From: Leptospiraceae bacterium
GTDB lineage: Bacteria > Spirochaetota > Leptospiria > Leptospirales > Leptonemataceae
Assembly: GCA_040217195.1 (NCBI GenBank)
Contig: JAVJNR010000005.1
Span: 448,001-512,000, forward strand
Direction: 5' to 3'
Length of the DNA: 64,000 bases
Below the pieces are notes generated by a model, which saw nothing but the letters and a program-made list of their open reading frames with translations, made no database searches and was not told the origin of the DNA. Within the stretch, counting starts at the first letter, position 1; every line of letters begins with the position of its first letter. Positions 20,529 through 31,000 of the stretch are shown one piece after another. Made by a program: the position numbers and the translations under genes.

Positions 20529-21391
20529 TTACTGCTCCGATTGAGTTTGCGAAGCTCTTTTCCGTCGGCAAAGCCATTGCCGGATTCTGCAATCGAAATA
20601 ACCGATATGCCCTTTTTCTTTGCGCTTTTCAAAAACTCCGATTTATTAACTACGATAGTTGCTCCGGCCTCGATAGCCAGGACCTTACATCCGGAATCAT
20701 ACATACTTTGTAACGTACTTTCGCCAGTTACAGGAATATCAAAACGCCGGTCATGGTTTTTCTTGGCCACTTTACATACTACAGCTCCGCCCCTGGAATA
20801 CAGGCCACCGCCTCTGCGAATGCATTGGTCTGTGCCTTCCACACATTCCACTGCAATAACAGAACGCTGACCCACAACCACTGTCTGACCTATGTCCAGG
20901 CGATTCATTTCCCGAGCATACATCATCCCATAGGAAACATCTTCCAGCTCTTTGTCCTTCAGTTTTCGACCATAGCGCCCTGCACCCAGAAAGCAATCAT
21001 CCAGGTAGGTTGTTTGATCGATAACGGTTATTCCAATCTTGTCCAGTTCCCGGGCAATATTCTTAAAGATGGTATAATCGTTCAAGTTTTCCATTCTGGC
21101 AATTAGCAGAAGCGTCCTTGCATCGAACCGGGGGTTCTTATACAGAATGTCTTTGCTGGCCTTTCCGATGGAAATCAGGCGCTTGATTCCCTGTTTCTTT
21201 AATGAGGCAAATACGGAGGCATACATCCTTGTAAGAACTACAGGAATGCAGTATTTCTTTAATTGTTCTGGAATTGGTTCATCTGTGTAGGGAAAGATTC
21301 GCACTTCTTCCCCGGCCCGGATTGCATTTTCAGCTACAATCCAGGGTAATTCGCCTCGTCCGGCCAGTATTCCCAGCTTTCCATCGCTCAA
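20525..21391 (-). CDS. lpxI: UDP-2,3-diacylglucosamine pyrophosphatase LpxI family
   Basis: LGILAGRGELP, LDIGQTVVV, AVECVEGTD, RFDIPVTG; upstream of lpxB. TTG 21391 preferred, because the ORF-track extension overlaps fmdB. Confidence 0.9.
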   Translation of the reverse strand: MSDGKLGILAGRGELPWIVAENAIRAGEEVRIFPYTDEPIPEQLKKYCIPVVLTRMYASVFASLKKQGIKRLISIGKASKDILYKNPRFDARTLLLIARMENLNDYTIFKNIARELDKIGITVIDQTTYLDDCFLGAGRYGRKLKDKELEDVSYGMMYAREMNRLDIGQTVVVGQRSVIAVECVEGTDQCIRRGGGLYSRGGAVVCKVAKKNHDRRFDIPVTGESTLQSMYDSGCKVLAIEAGATIVVNKSEFLKSAKKKGISVISIAESGNGFADGKELRKLNRSSK

Positions 21392-21416
21392 AGCCCCAAC
21401 CTTCCGAATCCTGGAT

Positions 21417-21737
21417 TTAGCTGGCCTGACTTCCGCCAGTTGAACCACCAGAGCTTCCCGAGTTGCCTGAACTACCCGAGCCGCTACCGCCAGAACTGCT
21501 CTTGCCGGAATCGCCGCCACCGGATTTTCCGGAGCCTTCAGAGCCGCCGCCGGAAGATTTTTTGTAATCTGTGACGTAGAAGCCGCTTCCTTTAAAGACG
21601 ATGCCGGCCCCACCACCTATGAGACGCTCAATCTTACCTCCGCATTCCGGACAATCCGTATGTGGATCATCCTTCATGGATTGAAAGGCATCATATTCGT
21701 GGCCACATTTCGTGCATCTGTAGGAATAGGTTGGCAT
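21417..21737 (-). CDS. FmdB-family zinc-ribbon protein with Gly/Ser tail
   Basis: MPTYSYRCTKCGHEYD...CPECGG...FKGSGFYVTDY. Confidence 0.9.
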   Translation of the reverse strand: MPTYSYRCTKCGHEYDAFQSMKDDPHTDCPECGGKIERLIGGGAGIVFKGSGFYVTDYKKSSGGGSEGSGKSGGGDSGKSSSGGSGSGSSGNSGSSGGSTGGSQAS

Positions 21738-21798
21738 GATCCAAGACTGAGCGAGGGCTCCCCTCATTCAATTCAAAATCCCCTGCAAAAATGGGAAG

Positions 21799-22722
21799 TT
21801 ATACCGGATTACCCGTGGGTCCAGGTAGTGGCTCATTGAATAGAATCAGGAATGCACAGAGTCCCAGCCATAATAGAATGGTGACGATCAAGAATGCATC
21901 CGCCAGCAGGATGTCCGAAGGATTGCCATCCTTCACGGATTCCGGGCTTTGCAGCAAGGTATAATACCGGAATACTCCCAGAACCACAAATGGGATGGTC
22001 CAGAATAGATTGGCCCCTGCATGAGTTCCCTGAAGTGTGTAGATGGAATAATTAATTATAGAGATGGATGCAGTGATGTTTATGAAACTTTTCAGAGACT
22101 CGGAATGATACCGACCTCCAATCATGGCTTCTGCAGGAGACATGCGAACCTCGTAATAGCGCTTAAAAAACCCCAGAAAGAGAGATAGAAAAAACGCTGA
22201 ACTAAGAAGCCAGGGACTGGCCTCCACATCAATCGCAAAGGCGCCGGCCAGAACTCGCAGCACAAAACCGGCCGAAATAATAAATACATCCAGAAGAACA
22301 ATTCTCTTGGCCCCTGCACTGTAGATCAGGTTCATCAAGAAATAGGTCAGAAAGGTCATTCCTGTGGCTTCATTTAGATAAAAGCCCAGACCCAGAGCAG
22401 CGGTAAGAAGCACAGCAGCCACCATAAAGGCCAGCCCCGATCCAATACTACCACTGGCCAGAGGCCGATGTTGCTTTCGAGGATCCTCCCGGTCCAGCTT
22501 TCGGTCCTTGAAATCATTTATGACATAGATCGAACTGGCAAGAAAGGAAAAGCCCAGAAATGCGAACACTAACTGAATCAGAATTTCCCTGGACTCCAGA
22601 GAGAAAGGGTGGCCCACAACCTGATGTAGATGAGTCGAAAAAACAAATGGAAGCAATACGAATCCGGACTTGGTCCATTGGTAGACTCGAATGAGCTTAA
22701 TCAGTGCTTTCACTTTCTTCAC
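21799..22722 (-). CDS. UbiA-family prenyltransferase, decaprenyl-phosphate phosphoribosyltransferase-like
   Basis: RVYQWTKS, YVINDFKDRKLDREDPRKQHRPLASG, GFVLRVLAGA; multi-TM. Confidence 0.85.
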   Translation of the reverse strand: MKKVKALIKLIRVYQWTKSGFVLLPFVFSTHLHQVVGHPFSLESREILIQLVFAFLGFSFLASSIYVINDFKDRKLDREDPRKQHRPLASGSIGSGLAFMVAAVLLTAALGLGFYLNEATGMTFLTYFLMNLIYSAGAKRIVLLDVFIISAGFVLRVLAGAFAIDVEASPWLLSSAFFLSLFLGFFKRYYEVRMSPAEAMIGGRYHSESLKSFINITASISIINYSIYTLQGTHAGANLFWTIPFVVLGVFRYYTLLQSPESVKDGNPSDILLADAFLIVTILLWLGLCAFLILFNEPLPGPTGNPV

Positions 22723-22810
22723 GAATGCAAAATGTAGCCTATTATCCAGGGGTCAACCAAGATGACGCAAGGATGAACAAAGAAAAACCTGAAATTTGAA
22801 CCTATATACA

Positions 22811-23746
22811 ATGGCAGACCAGGCTAACATACTTTCGGAAGCTCAAAAAGGCCGACCCCGGGCCCCTGCAGATTCAACTGCCCCGGTTACCGTCATTATA
22901 CCTGTATGCAATCGACCAGAATTGCTAAAAGAATCCCTGAGCTCGGTAATTCAGGGAACGTTATGGCCGGCAGAAATCCTGGTTATCGGAAACGGCCATC
23001 CGGAGGAGATACAAAACGATAAGAACTCCTTCAATCAATGGAAAGCTGAAGTTTCTCTTTCCATCCAGAATCAGCCATCAGCTGCCAGGAAATACTCAGC
23101 AATGAAGATTTCCTTTCTGGTCTGTAAACGTATCGGTCCGGCTGCGGCCCGGAACCTGGGAGCCAGGGAGGCCAGTCAACCCTATGTAGCTTTCCTGGAT
23201 TCAGATGATCTCTGGAAGTCCCATAAACTGGCCAGGCAGATTTCATTCCTGGAAAAAAGACCTCATTTAAAGGCATGCCACAACCTGGAAGACTGGATCA
23301 AGCATGGAAAATCGCTCAACGTTCCACTGCGACTCAGGCCCGTTACCGGTAGACCTTTGCTGGAAAGCATGGAGATTTGTCTGATATCTGCAAGCTCGCT
23401 GCTAATTGAAAGGAGTCATTTCCTGGAAATGGACGGTTTCGATGAACGATTCCTTTCCTGTGAAGACTACGAGTTCTGGATTCGCCATTTTCTCAGCCAC
23501 ACCATGGGCTGCCTGCAGGAACCTCTGGTAATCAAGCGATCCGGATTATGGAAGCAGGTTTCTGGGTCCGGACTTCTGGATTTACAGAGACTCAGGGCAC
23601 TACTGGTCTTGCGAAAACCATTGATCGACCGGGGGCTAAAAGAGGAGCTCTGGAATGTGGCCCGCAAGAAAGCTGGAATACTGCTTCAAAGAAATGATTC
23701 TATAGCCCGGCATGCAGCCAGGCTACTCCGCGCTATTGAAAGTTAA
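22811..23746 (+). CDS. Glycosyltransferase family 2
   Basis: VIIPVCNR, GPAAARNLG, AFLDSDDLW, GFDERFLSCEDYEFW. Confidence 0.9.
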   Translation: MADQANILSEAQKGRPRAPADSTAPVTVIIPVCNRPELLKESLSSVIQGTLWPAEILVIGNGHPEEIQNDKNSFNQWKAEVSLSIQNQPSAARKYSAMKISFLVCKRIGPAAARNLGAREASQPYVAFLDSDDLWKSHKLARQISFLEKRPHLKACHNLEDWIKHGKSLNVPLRLRPVTGRPLLESMEICLISASSLLIERSHFLEMDGFDERFLSCEDYEFWIRHFLSHTMGCLQEPLVIKRSGLWKQVSGSGLLDLQRLRALLVLRKPLIDRGLKEELWNVARKKAGILLQRNDSIARHAARLLRAIES

Positions 23747-23854
23747 TCCAGAGAGTTTAGCCAGGCGCCATATCAGAGTCCCCCAGTGCCGGGTAGCCAG
23801 GCGACTTCCCGCCTGGATTTTTATTAGGTACGGCCCTGTTCCCGGGATGCGAAA

Positions 23855-25585
23855 TCAGGATTCCCGCAGTCTGTCGATTACTTCGTCGATATTGATATCA
23901 TACTTGGTAAATACAGCGTTTCGCGCCAGATCATACCGGATTAGAGAAATGTTATAGTTGATCAAAGCTCGAGTCAATGCCTGGCGGGATTGCACCAGAG
24001 CGTCCAGTGCATTCTTAACTGCATCTGCAGAGAATCGGCCCTGACGATATCGTCGGACCAGACCATAATAGAAAGCCTGGGTATTTGCCAGAGCAACACG
24101 GGCCTCCTGCACTGACTGGTAAGCCACCTTGATTTGATCTCTACTCTGTCGGATATCGTCCGATACCTGACGACTGATCTGTTCTTCCTGAAGACGTAGT
24201 TGTCTTCGATTGATTCGCGCATTTCGAGCTTCCACTCGTGCGCCTTCATCCCAGAGAGGATACTCAATCTTGAATTGCACCGAGTATTCAGGATACTTAC
24301 CCTGAGGGACTGCATCGAAAGCGCTTCCGGAATAGCGGGCCACATCCTTGCTTGCATAGCTGCCGCCCAGAGTCACAGAAGGTAACAGATTGTTCTCAGC
24401 AATATCTTCGGAAAGCCGAGCAATCTCCAGCTGTCTTCGAATTATTCGAATGTCTGGCCTTGTGGCCAGGGCATTTTCAATGTCTCTTTGCATATCCACT
24501 TCAGGAGGAGCTGTTTCAATTAGTTCTGTAGCACCGGACAGTTGAATACCCGGATCCAGGTTCAGGACTCTAAGCAGATTCCTTCTCTGACTATCTCGAT
24601 CTAGCTCCGCCTGTTGTAGACGGGCTCGAGCTTGAGCAACCACTGCATTCCACTGATTGACTTCAAATGGCTCAGCCAGGCCAAGACCGGTTTTTTGAGC
24701 TGTGATGCCCCGGACATAGGCAGCATTCTTCAGTAGATCACGAGAGGTTTCTACTTCCTTCTCAGCAATAGCCAGAGTCCAGTAATCCACCATGGCTCCA
24801 ACGGTAAGTTGAGCCAATTCGAATTCCAGACGCTCCCTTTCAATCAATGCCTGCTTTCTGCGGATATCAGAAAGTCGGCTCTGATTGTAACCAAAGGCAT
24901 TCTTCAGAAGTTCCTGTTGAAGCAGTATTCTCACGGCTCCGGTATGGAGTGGAGGCTGGGCAAGCTGAGAAAGCAGGGAGTTGGATTGCGCTGCACTTCC
25001 CTCACCTGCATTCGTATCCACCCTTGTATCGGAACCTTCCAGGCGAAAATAGGTTCCACTTCGAAACAATTTTTCAATCCCGGCAGTATAGGTATCTTGA
25101 TTGGTTTGTGTCCCCTGAAAGATAGTTGAAGGCGTTTGCTTTTGCTTGTTAACGTAGCTTTCAAAACTAAAATCCACTTTTGGAGTGTACTGGGACTCAT
25201 CCTTCAAAAGCTCTGTGTCGGACTTCAAGATCTCCAGCTGCTGTATCCGAACCGAAGTATTGTTATTGAGCACCAGCTGAATGGTCTGCTTCATGCTCAA
25301 AGGTCGGGGTTTTCCGTTGGGCCCCAGAGGTATTTCAGCATAGTTCGGAGTCGTTTCTGCCTCCGTTGGCTCCGGATCCGTGGCTTCCAGGGCATCCGGC
25401 TCATTTTCTGATTCGTCGCCCATTTCCGCAGACTCATTCGAATCGGACCCAGGATTTTCACTGGAAGAATCGGCCGTGGTGGCAGGATCTGTACTTTCCG
25501 GTGCTACTTCTTTCTGTTCAGCGGACTGACAGCCAGAAAAAAGAATCAGGAATACTAATAGGAGAAAAATAAAAGATCGGTTCAT
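23855..25585 (-). CDS. TolC-family outer-membrane efflux protein, lipoprotein-anchored
   Basis: LFSGC lipobox, acidic linker, duplicated OEP pattern (ALATRPDIR, LPSVTLGGSY, IEYPLWD, RRYRQGR). Confidence 0.85.
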   Translation of the reverse strand: MNRSFIFLLLVFLILFSGCQSAEQKEVAPESTDPATTADSSSENPGSDSNESAEMGDESENEPDALEATDPEPTEAETTPNYAEIPLGPNGKPRPLSMKQTIQLVLNNNTSVRIQQLEILKSDTELLKDESQYTPKVDFSFESYVNKQKQTPSTIFQGTQTNQDTYTAGIEKLFRSGTYFRLEGSDTRVDTNAGEGSAAQSNSLLSQLAQPPLHTGAVRILLQQELLKNAFGYNQSRLSDIRRKQALIERERLEFELAQLTVGAMVDYWTLAIAEKEVETSRDLLKNAAYVRGITAQKTGLGLAEPFEVNQWNAVVAQARARLQQAELDRDSQRRNLLRVLNLDPGIQLSGATELIETAPPEVDMQRDIENALATRPDIRIIRRQLEIARLSEDIAENNLLPSVTLGGSYASKDVARYSGSAFDAVPQGKYPEYSVQFKIEYPLWDEGARVEARNARINRRQLRLQEEQISRQVSDDIRQSRDQIKVAYQSVQEARVALANTQAFYYGLVRRYRQGRFSADAVKNALDALVQSRQALTRALINYNISLIRYDLARNAVFTKYDINIDEVIDRLRES

Positions 25586-25691
25586 GCTATATTACCCGTT
25601 ACACTTACTGGGCTGCCGGTTTCGCCTGCAGTGTCCATTCAAAAAACCCGGACTTTCCGCCCATTGGCTCTTCCTTTTCAAAAAAGTCCCA

Positions 25692-26315
25692 ATGGCCCTT
25701 ATCGTTGCTCTGATTCTGGCCGCCGGCGTCCATCCTTTATCTGCAGATCAAAGCCCGGAGAGCACCATTCTATGGACCACTTTCCCATACCCCTCTGGGG
25801 TATCAACCCAATTCAGAACAAATCGTAACTTATTTCTGGCTCCCGTGATGGACCCGGAAGCTGTGGCCAGAGCAGCACTGCAGGATGAAAAGAGAATCAT
25901 TCAATTTACCGAAAAACAATTCCTTCGCCTGGATGGCCAGATCTGCACCACATTACCTGAGGTTCGCAAATCGGTGCAGGACGGTTTCAATTTGCTCAAC
26001 CGGGCCAATGAAATACTGGAAACGAATGTCAAATCTGTGGTTTCTGAGCACTCCGGAGAACGGCAACTGTACTTTAAACTCCGTAAGGAACGGGATGCAG
26101 CCCTGCAAAATGCCTGGTTTAGATTCCTGGACTGGCAATCCTCCAAATGCACAGATAAACAGTCCTTCTTTGGCGATCCTGTGCAGGATAGAAAGAATGA
26201 AGTGGATGTTGCTCTCGGCGAGATGAATCGAAAGACTCTGGCCATGCGATTGGCCTGGTTTCGATTCTTGAGTCGGCTGGATCTAGAAACAAGACAAAAG
26301 ATTCTACTGCCCTGA
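25692..26315 (+). CDS. Hypothetical secreted helical protein
   Basis: Signal-peptide-like start MALIVALILAAGVHPLSA at 25692; divergent from tolC. Confidence 0.6.
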   Translation: MALIVALILAAGVHPLSADQSPESTILWTTFPYPSGVSTQFRTNRNLFLAPVMDPEAVARAALQDEKRIIQFTEKQFLRLDGQICTTLPEVRKSVQDGFNLLNRANEILETNVKSVVSEHSGERQLYFKLRKERDAALQNAWFRFLDWQSSKCTDKQSFFGDPVQDRKNEVDVALGEMNRKTLAMRLAWFRFLSRLDLETRQKILLP

Positions 26316-26396
26316 TACTCCCGGGCTCGAATTTTCCGGAAAGGTGTCTGTTTTTTACCGGTTCTTCATTTTCTGCGGCAGGCCGATAATCATCTT

Positions 26397-28034
26397 ATGG
26401 TAATCCGGAAAACCTGGAAGGCTCGGAGTGTTCTAGGGGCAACTCTTACTTTCTGTTTAATGACAGCTCCCATGCAGGGCCTGGAACGAAGCCAATTTCA
26501 GGATTGGCAGTTGCGAGGCCTGGAGCTCACAGAACAGCAGGGTCGAACTGTGCTCAGCATTTCCGGAAGCCGATCCGGTCCAGGTCAGGACTTTCTATTT
26601 CTGGGTTTCGATCAGGAGACTCCCAGCTTCTTGAGAGATCTGTCCGGCAATTTCCGAGTCCAGGAATCCGAATATGTGCGAGTTCCGGATTCTAAAGGCG
26701 GTACTGGCTCTGCACTATTTAATCGGCGCAAGAGTGGAGTTACCCTGGAGTCCCCGCCAGAACTGTGGCCTGGTTCCGGGCCCATGGAGTCCTTTCAGGT
26801 TTCTTTTTATTTCAAGGTAGCCCATCTGTACAGGCGTAATCGGTTATTTTCGCGCACCGGATTTCTGGATGGCTACAGACGTGGGCTTGAAGTACTTATT
26901 GAAGATGGATTTGTTCGCATCGAACTTGAAAATATGTTTCAGGATCTGGAACGTCAAACCCATTCCTTTGAGCTGCGATCCACACAACGAATCATTCTCG
27001 ATCGCTGGTATTTACTCCAGTTCAACTACAATGCATCCAATGGCCGGCTTACATTATATTTGAATGGAAAAGAGCAACAGGTAGTATATGCACGTACAGA
27101 AGGTCAGGTACTTAGGGCCGTGAATCCTTCCATGGATAGATCACCCATCAAGATCGCAGGTCAGTATTCTGGCTGGATGGATGAATTGCGCATTTCTCCT
27201 CTGAAGACAGATCCCGACATTATGGCCCCCTACAGGCCGGCCTCTTACGATCCTCTGAGTGGCAGAATCTACCAGGAAAGATCGGAGGCTCTTTCGCAAG
27301 TCCTGGCCTACAATCGGCCTGTCCGGTCCCTGGATCTATCCTTTGCCGGCAAGGAACCCCCTGGAAGTATGCTTTCTGTGGAATACAGAATTCAAAAGGA
27401 ACCGTTTTCTGCCGATGCAAGCGAGCATACACTTCCCTTTCAGAGATTGAAATCCTCCAGTCGAATTCCCTGGAATGGGCCGGCCTATTTACAATGGAGA
27501 GTGCGAATGCAACCTTCTCCCTCCGGCGAAATGACTCCTCAGCTTTCTGCCCTGAATTTGAAGGCCAATGCCGTCCAGGCCCCCTCCAGGCCCACCGGTC
27601 TTCGAGTTGTTCCGGACCTCTCAAATAATACAGAACTTTGCCTGGAATGGAATCGAAACCCTGAATCTGCCATAGAAAAGGAAGGAGGCTATCGAATTCA
27701 CCTGGGAGCACGATCCGGTAAATTTGTTGCATTGCTACAATTCAACCGGGACAAGAAGCCCATCCGAAGCGCCACATTACCTTTCCCACTGACTGAGCGC
27801 GAAAAGCTGGAGCAAAAGGCCCGGCCTCAGGCCATTCGTCGGTTGAAACAACAAAAGGTTCGATTCATGGTGGACAGGGCTCTTGTAGAGCGAAACAGAC
27901 TCTGGCTGGATCGCCGGGAAGCGTACCCATTCCTGGAAAAAGATCGAGCGTACTACCTGGCCGTTTCCGCCTATGTGCATCCGGATGCTCCTTCCACCGT
28001 ATCCTCGGAAATAGTGCATCTACTTCGCAACTAA
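26397..28034 (+). CDS. Secreted LamG/concanavalin-like domain protein with FN3-like C-terminal region
   Basis: Signal peptide; RWYLLQFNY...LTLYLNGKE...YSGWMDELRIS (LamG); PSRPTGLRV..LEWNRN..GYRIH..YYLAVSAY (FN3-like). Confidence 0.7.
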   Translation: MVIRKTWKARSVLGATLTFCLMTAPMQGLERSQFQDWQLRGLELTEQQGRTVLSISGSRSGPGQDFLFLGFDQETPSFLRDLSGNFRVQESEYVRVPDSKGGTGSALFNRRKSGVTLESPPELWPGSGPMESFQVSFYFKVAHLYRRNRLFSRTGFLDGYRRGLEVLIEDGFVRIELENMFQDLERQTHSFELRSTQRIILDRWYLLQFNYNASNGRLTLYLNGKEQQVVYARTEGQVLRAVNPSMDRSPIKIAGQYSGWMDELRISPLKTDPDIMAPYRPASYDPLSGRIYQERSEALSQVLAYNRPVRSLDLSFAGKEPPGSMLSVEYRIQKEPFSADASEHTLPFQRLKSSSRIPWNGPAYLQWRVRMQPSPSGEMTPQLSALNLKANAVQAPSRPTGLRVVPDLSNNTELCLEWNRNPESAIEKEGGYRIHLGARSGKFVALLQFNRDKKPIRSATLPFPLTEREKLEQKARPQAIRRLKQQKVRFMVDRALVERNRLWLDRREAYPFLEKDRAYYLAVSAYVHPDAPSTVSSEIVHLLRN

Positions 28035-28087
28035 AAGCCCCTAAAAAAAGGTTTTACCCGGAAACCTCCGGTTTTCACAATCGAGCT

Positions 28088-31000
28088 ATGTCTTCGCAAT
28101 CAACCGCTCAAGAAAGCTCACCTGCCATTGACCTGGGTGAACCGGTCCGCTTTGTTACGGCTGCCTCTCTATTTGATGGTCATGACGCTTCTATCAATAT
28201 GTTTCGTCGTATGCTCCAATCCGCCGGCGCGGAGGTGATTCATCTGGGGCATAATCGTAGCGTTGAAGATGTAGCCCTGGCTGCCATCCATGAGGATGCT
28301 CAGGGTGTGGCTCTCAGCTCCTATCAGGGCGGCCACATGGAATACTTTCAGTATTTACGCCAGCGGCTAAATGAAATGGGCGGAGATCATATTCGCATTT
28401 TCGGAGGCGGTGGCGGAGTCATCGTTGAGGATGAAATCCAACAATTACATTCCAGCGGTATCACTCGAATTTTTTCTCCAGAGGACGGACGGCGGATGGG
28501 TCTGGAAGGAATCATCGATTTTATGATCGATGAAGCCAGAAATGCACGAGAGAAAAGCCATCCCAATGCATTTCCATTACTTGCTCTGTCCCGGAAGATT
28601 TCCCTTCTGGAAACCGGAGAGGAAAGACCATTAAACATACCGCTAACGGTACCTGTGCTTGGAATCACTGGCCCGGGAGGCAGCGGAAAATCCTCCCTTA
28701 CCGATGAACTTGCACTTCGCTTATTGAATCAAAATCCAGACCTGAAACTGGCTGTTGTGGCTGTAGATCCCACCAGAAAAAAAACCGGTGGTGCCCTCCT
28801 GGGAGACCGAATTCGAATGAACAGTCTAAGTGCTTTTCCCGACCGTCTGTACTTTCGCTCCCTGGCAACCAGAGGGCAGTCCCAGGAATTATTGCAGGAA
28901 AGGTTGCTGGGTGTGGAAAGCCTGATCCAGGAAGCCGGATATGATTTGATGATTCTGGAGACTCCGGGCACGGGCCAGGAAGACAGCTTCATTACCGAAC
29001 TTTGCCAGAAATCACTGTACGTTATGACCTCTGAGTACGGAGCCCCTTCGCAGTTAGAAAAGATAGCCATGCTGGATTTCGCAGATATTGTTGCGCTGAA
29101 TAAAGCAGAAAAGACCGGCGCCGATGATGCCCTGCGATACATACAAAAGCAATTTGCACGAAACCGAAACCTGTTCGATGTAGAACCGGCTGAGCTACCG
29201 GTTTTTGCCACCGTTGCCGGTCGTTTCAATGATGCCGGCGTGCATACGCTTTATAATGCAATTACGGAACTTTTTCCCGAATCCGCATTGCGAACAATGG
29301 AGCTATCCAATGCCAGCGATATATCCGTAAATATTATTCCCCGAGATCGAGCGAACTATCTTTCCGAAATAGCACATACAGTTGAAGCTTACAGGAAGCG
29401 CGCTCAAAAACAGTGGGACCTGGCAGATAAGGTTCAGTCCCTGAGAAAAGCCCAGGAAGCACTGGATGTTCGTTCCGGGGAGTTGGCCGAAGGTCTTGAA
29501 AAGCGATCCCGGGAGCTGAAAGAAGAACTAGATCATCACCTTCTGGAATTTCTGGAAAGGTTTCCTGATATCAAAGAAACCTATGAGGCAGAATACTATA
29601 CCTACAAAGTAAGAAATAAAGAGATTACGCAGAGAATTCAATATACCTCCCTGAGCGGATTGCCAATACCCAGAGTGGCTTTGCCTGCTACAGAAAGCTG
29701 GTCCGAACTTGCCCGTTTCTACTACCTGGAGAACCTTCCGGGTAATTATCCATTTACTGCAGGAGTATTTCCGTTTCGCAAGCAGGATGAAGACCCGACT
29801 CGTATGTTTGCAGGCGAAGGAGGACCGGAAAGAACCAACCAGAGATTTCACTATTTATGTACCAGGGAAGCCACCGATGCATCCCATCCAGTGGCACGGT
29901 TGAGTACAGCTTTTGACTCTGTAACACTGTATGGTGAAGATCCCAACCGCCGACCGGATATCTACGGAAAAATCGGTAATTCCGGAGTAAGTATTCCTAC
30001 TCTGGACGATTGCAAGAGACTTTATTCAGGCTTTGATCTATCCAGCCCGCTGACCAGCGTTAGTATGACCATCAACGGTCCGGCTCCTGCCATCCTGGCC
30101 ATGTTCTTTAATACGGCCATTGATCAAAACATTGAGAAGCATCTTCGCAGCGAAGGCAAACTGAATCAGGCTCTGGAAAAAATTCGCAGCCAATGGGAAG
30201 ATCGCGGAATTGCTGCCCCACTCTACGAAGCCAAACTCCCAACAGGTCATGATGGTACAGGATTGATGCTTGGAATTACCGGAGATCAACTGGTAGAACC
30301 GGAAGTCTATGAACGAATTAAACAGGAAACACTGCAAAGCGTACGTGGAACCGTCCAGGCAGATATTCTAAAAGAGGACCAGGCACAGAATACATGTATA
30401 TTTTCCACCGGTTTTGCTCTAAAGATGATGGGAGACGTACAGGAGTATTTCACTGAAAAAGGAGTTCGAAACTTCTATTCCGTATCTATTTCCGGCTATC
30501 ATATGGCCGAAGCCGGAGCCAATCCAGTAACCCAGTTGGCATTCACTCTGGCAAATGGATTCACATACCTGGAATACTATCTGGCCAGGGGACTGGACAT
30601 TGATGCATTCGCTTCTAATTTCAGCTATTTCTTCTCCAACGGATTGGATCCTGAATACTCGGTTATTGGCCGGGTGGCTAGAAGGATATGGGCCATCGCT
30701 TTAAAGGAAAAGTACGGCGCCTCCGAAAGAGCCCAGAAGCTGAAATACCATATACAGACGTCCGGCCGGTCCCTGCATGCAAGGGAAATCAATTTCAACG
30801 ACATTCGAACCACTCTACAGGCCATGTATGCTCTGTTCGACAACACCAACAGTCTACATACCAACGCCTATGATGAAGCGATCACGACTCCCACAGAAGC
30901 CTCCGTAAGAAGGGCTGTGGCCATTCAGCTAATCATTCAAAAAGAACTGGGACTGAATCAGAACCAGAACCCCTGGCAGGGATCTTACATTATCGAAAAG

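Noticed and set aside
21392..21616. 75-aa N-terminal extension of LpxI in the ORF track
   Set aside because: It overlaps the fmdB-like gene in another frame; the LpxI fold begins at KLGILAGRG
28035..28087. Cobalamin riboswitch upstream of icmF
   Set aside because: The intergenic space is only 53 nt and no B12-box is visible
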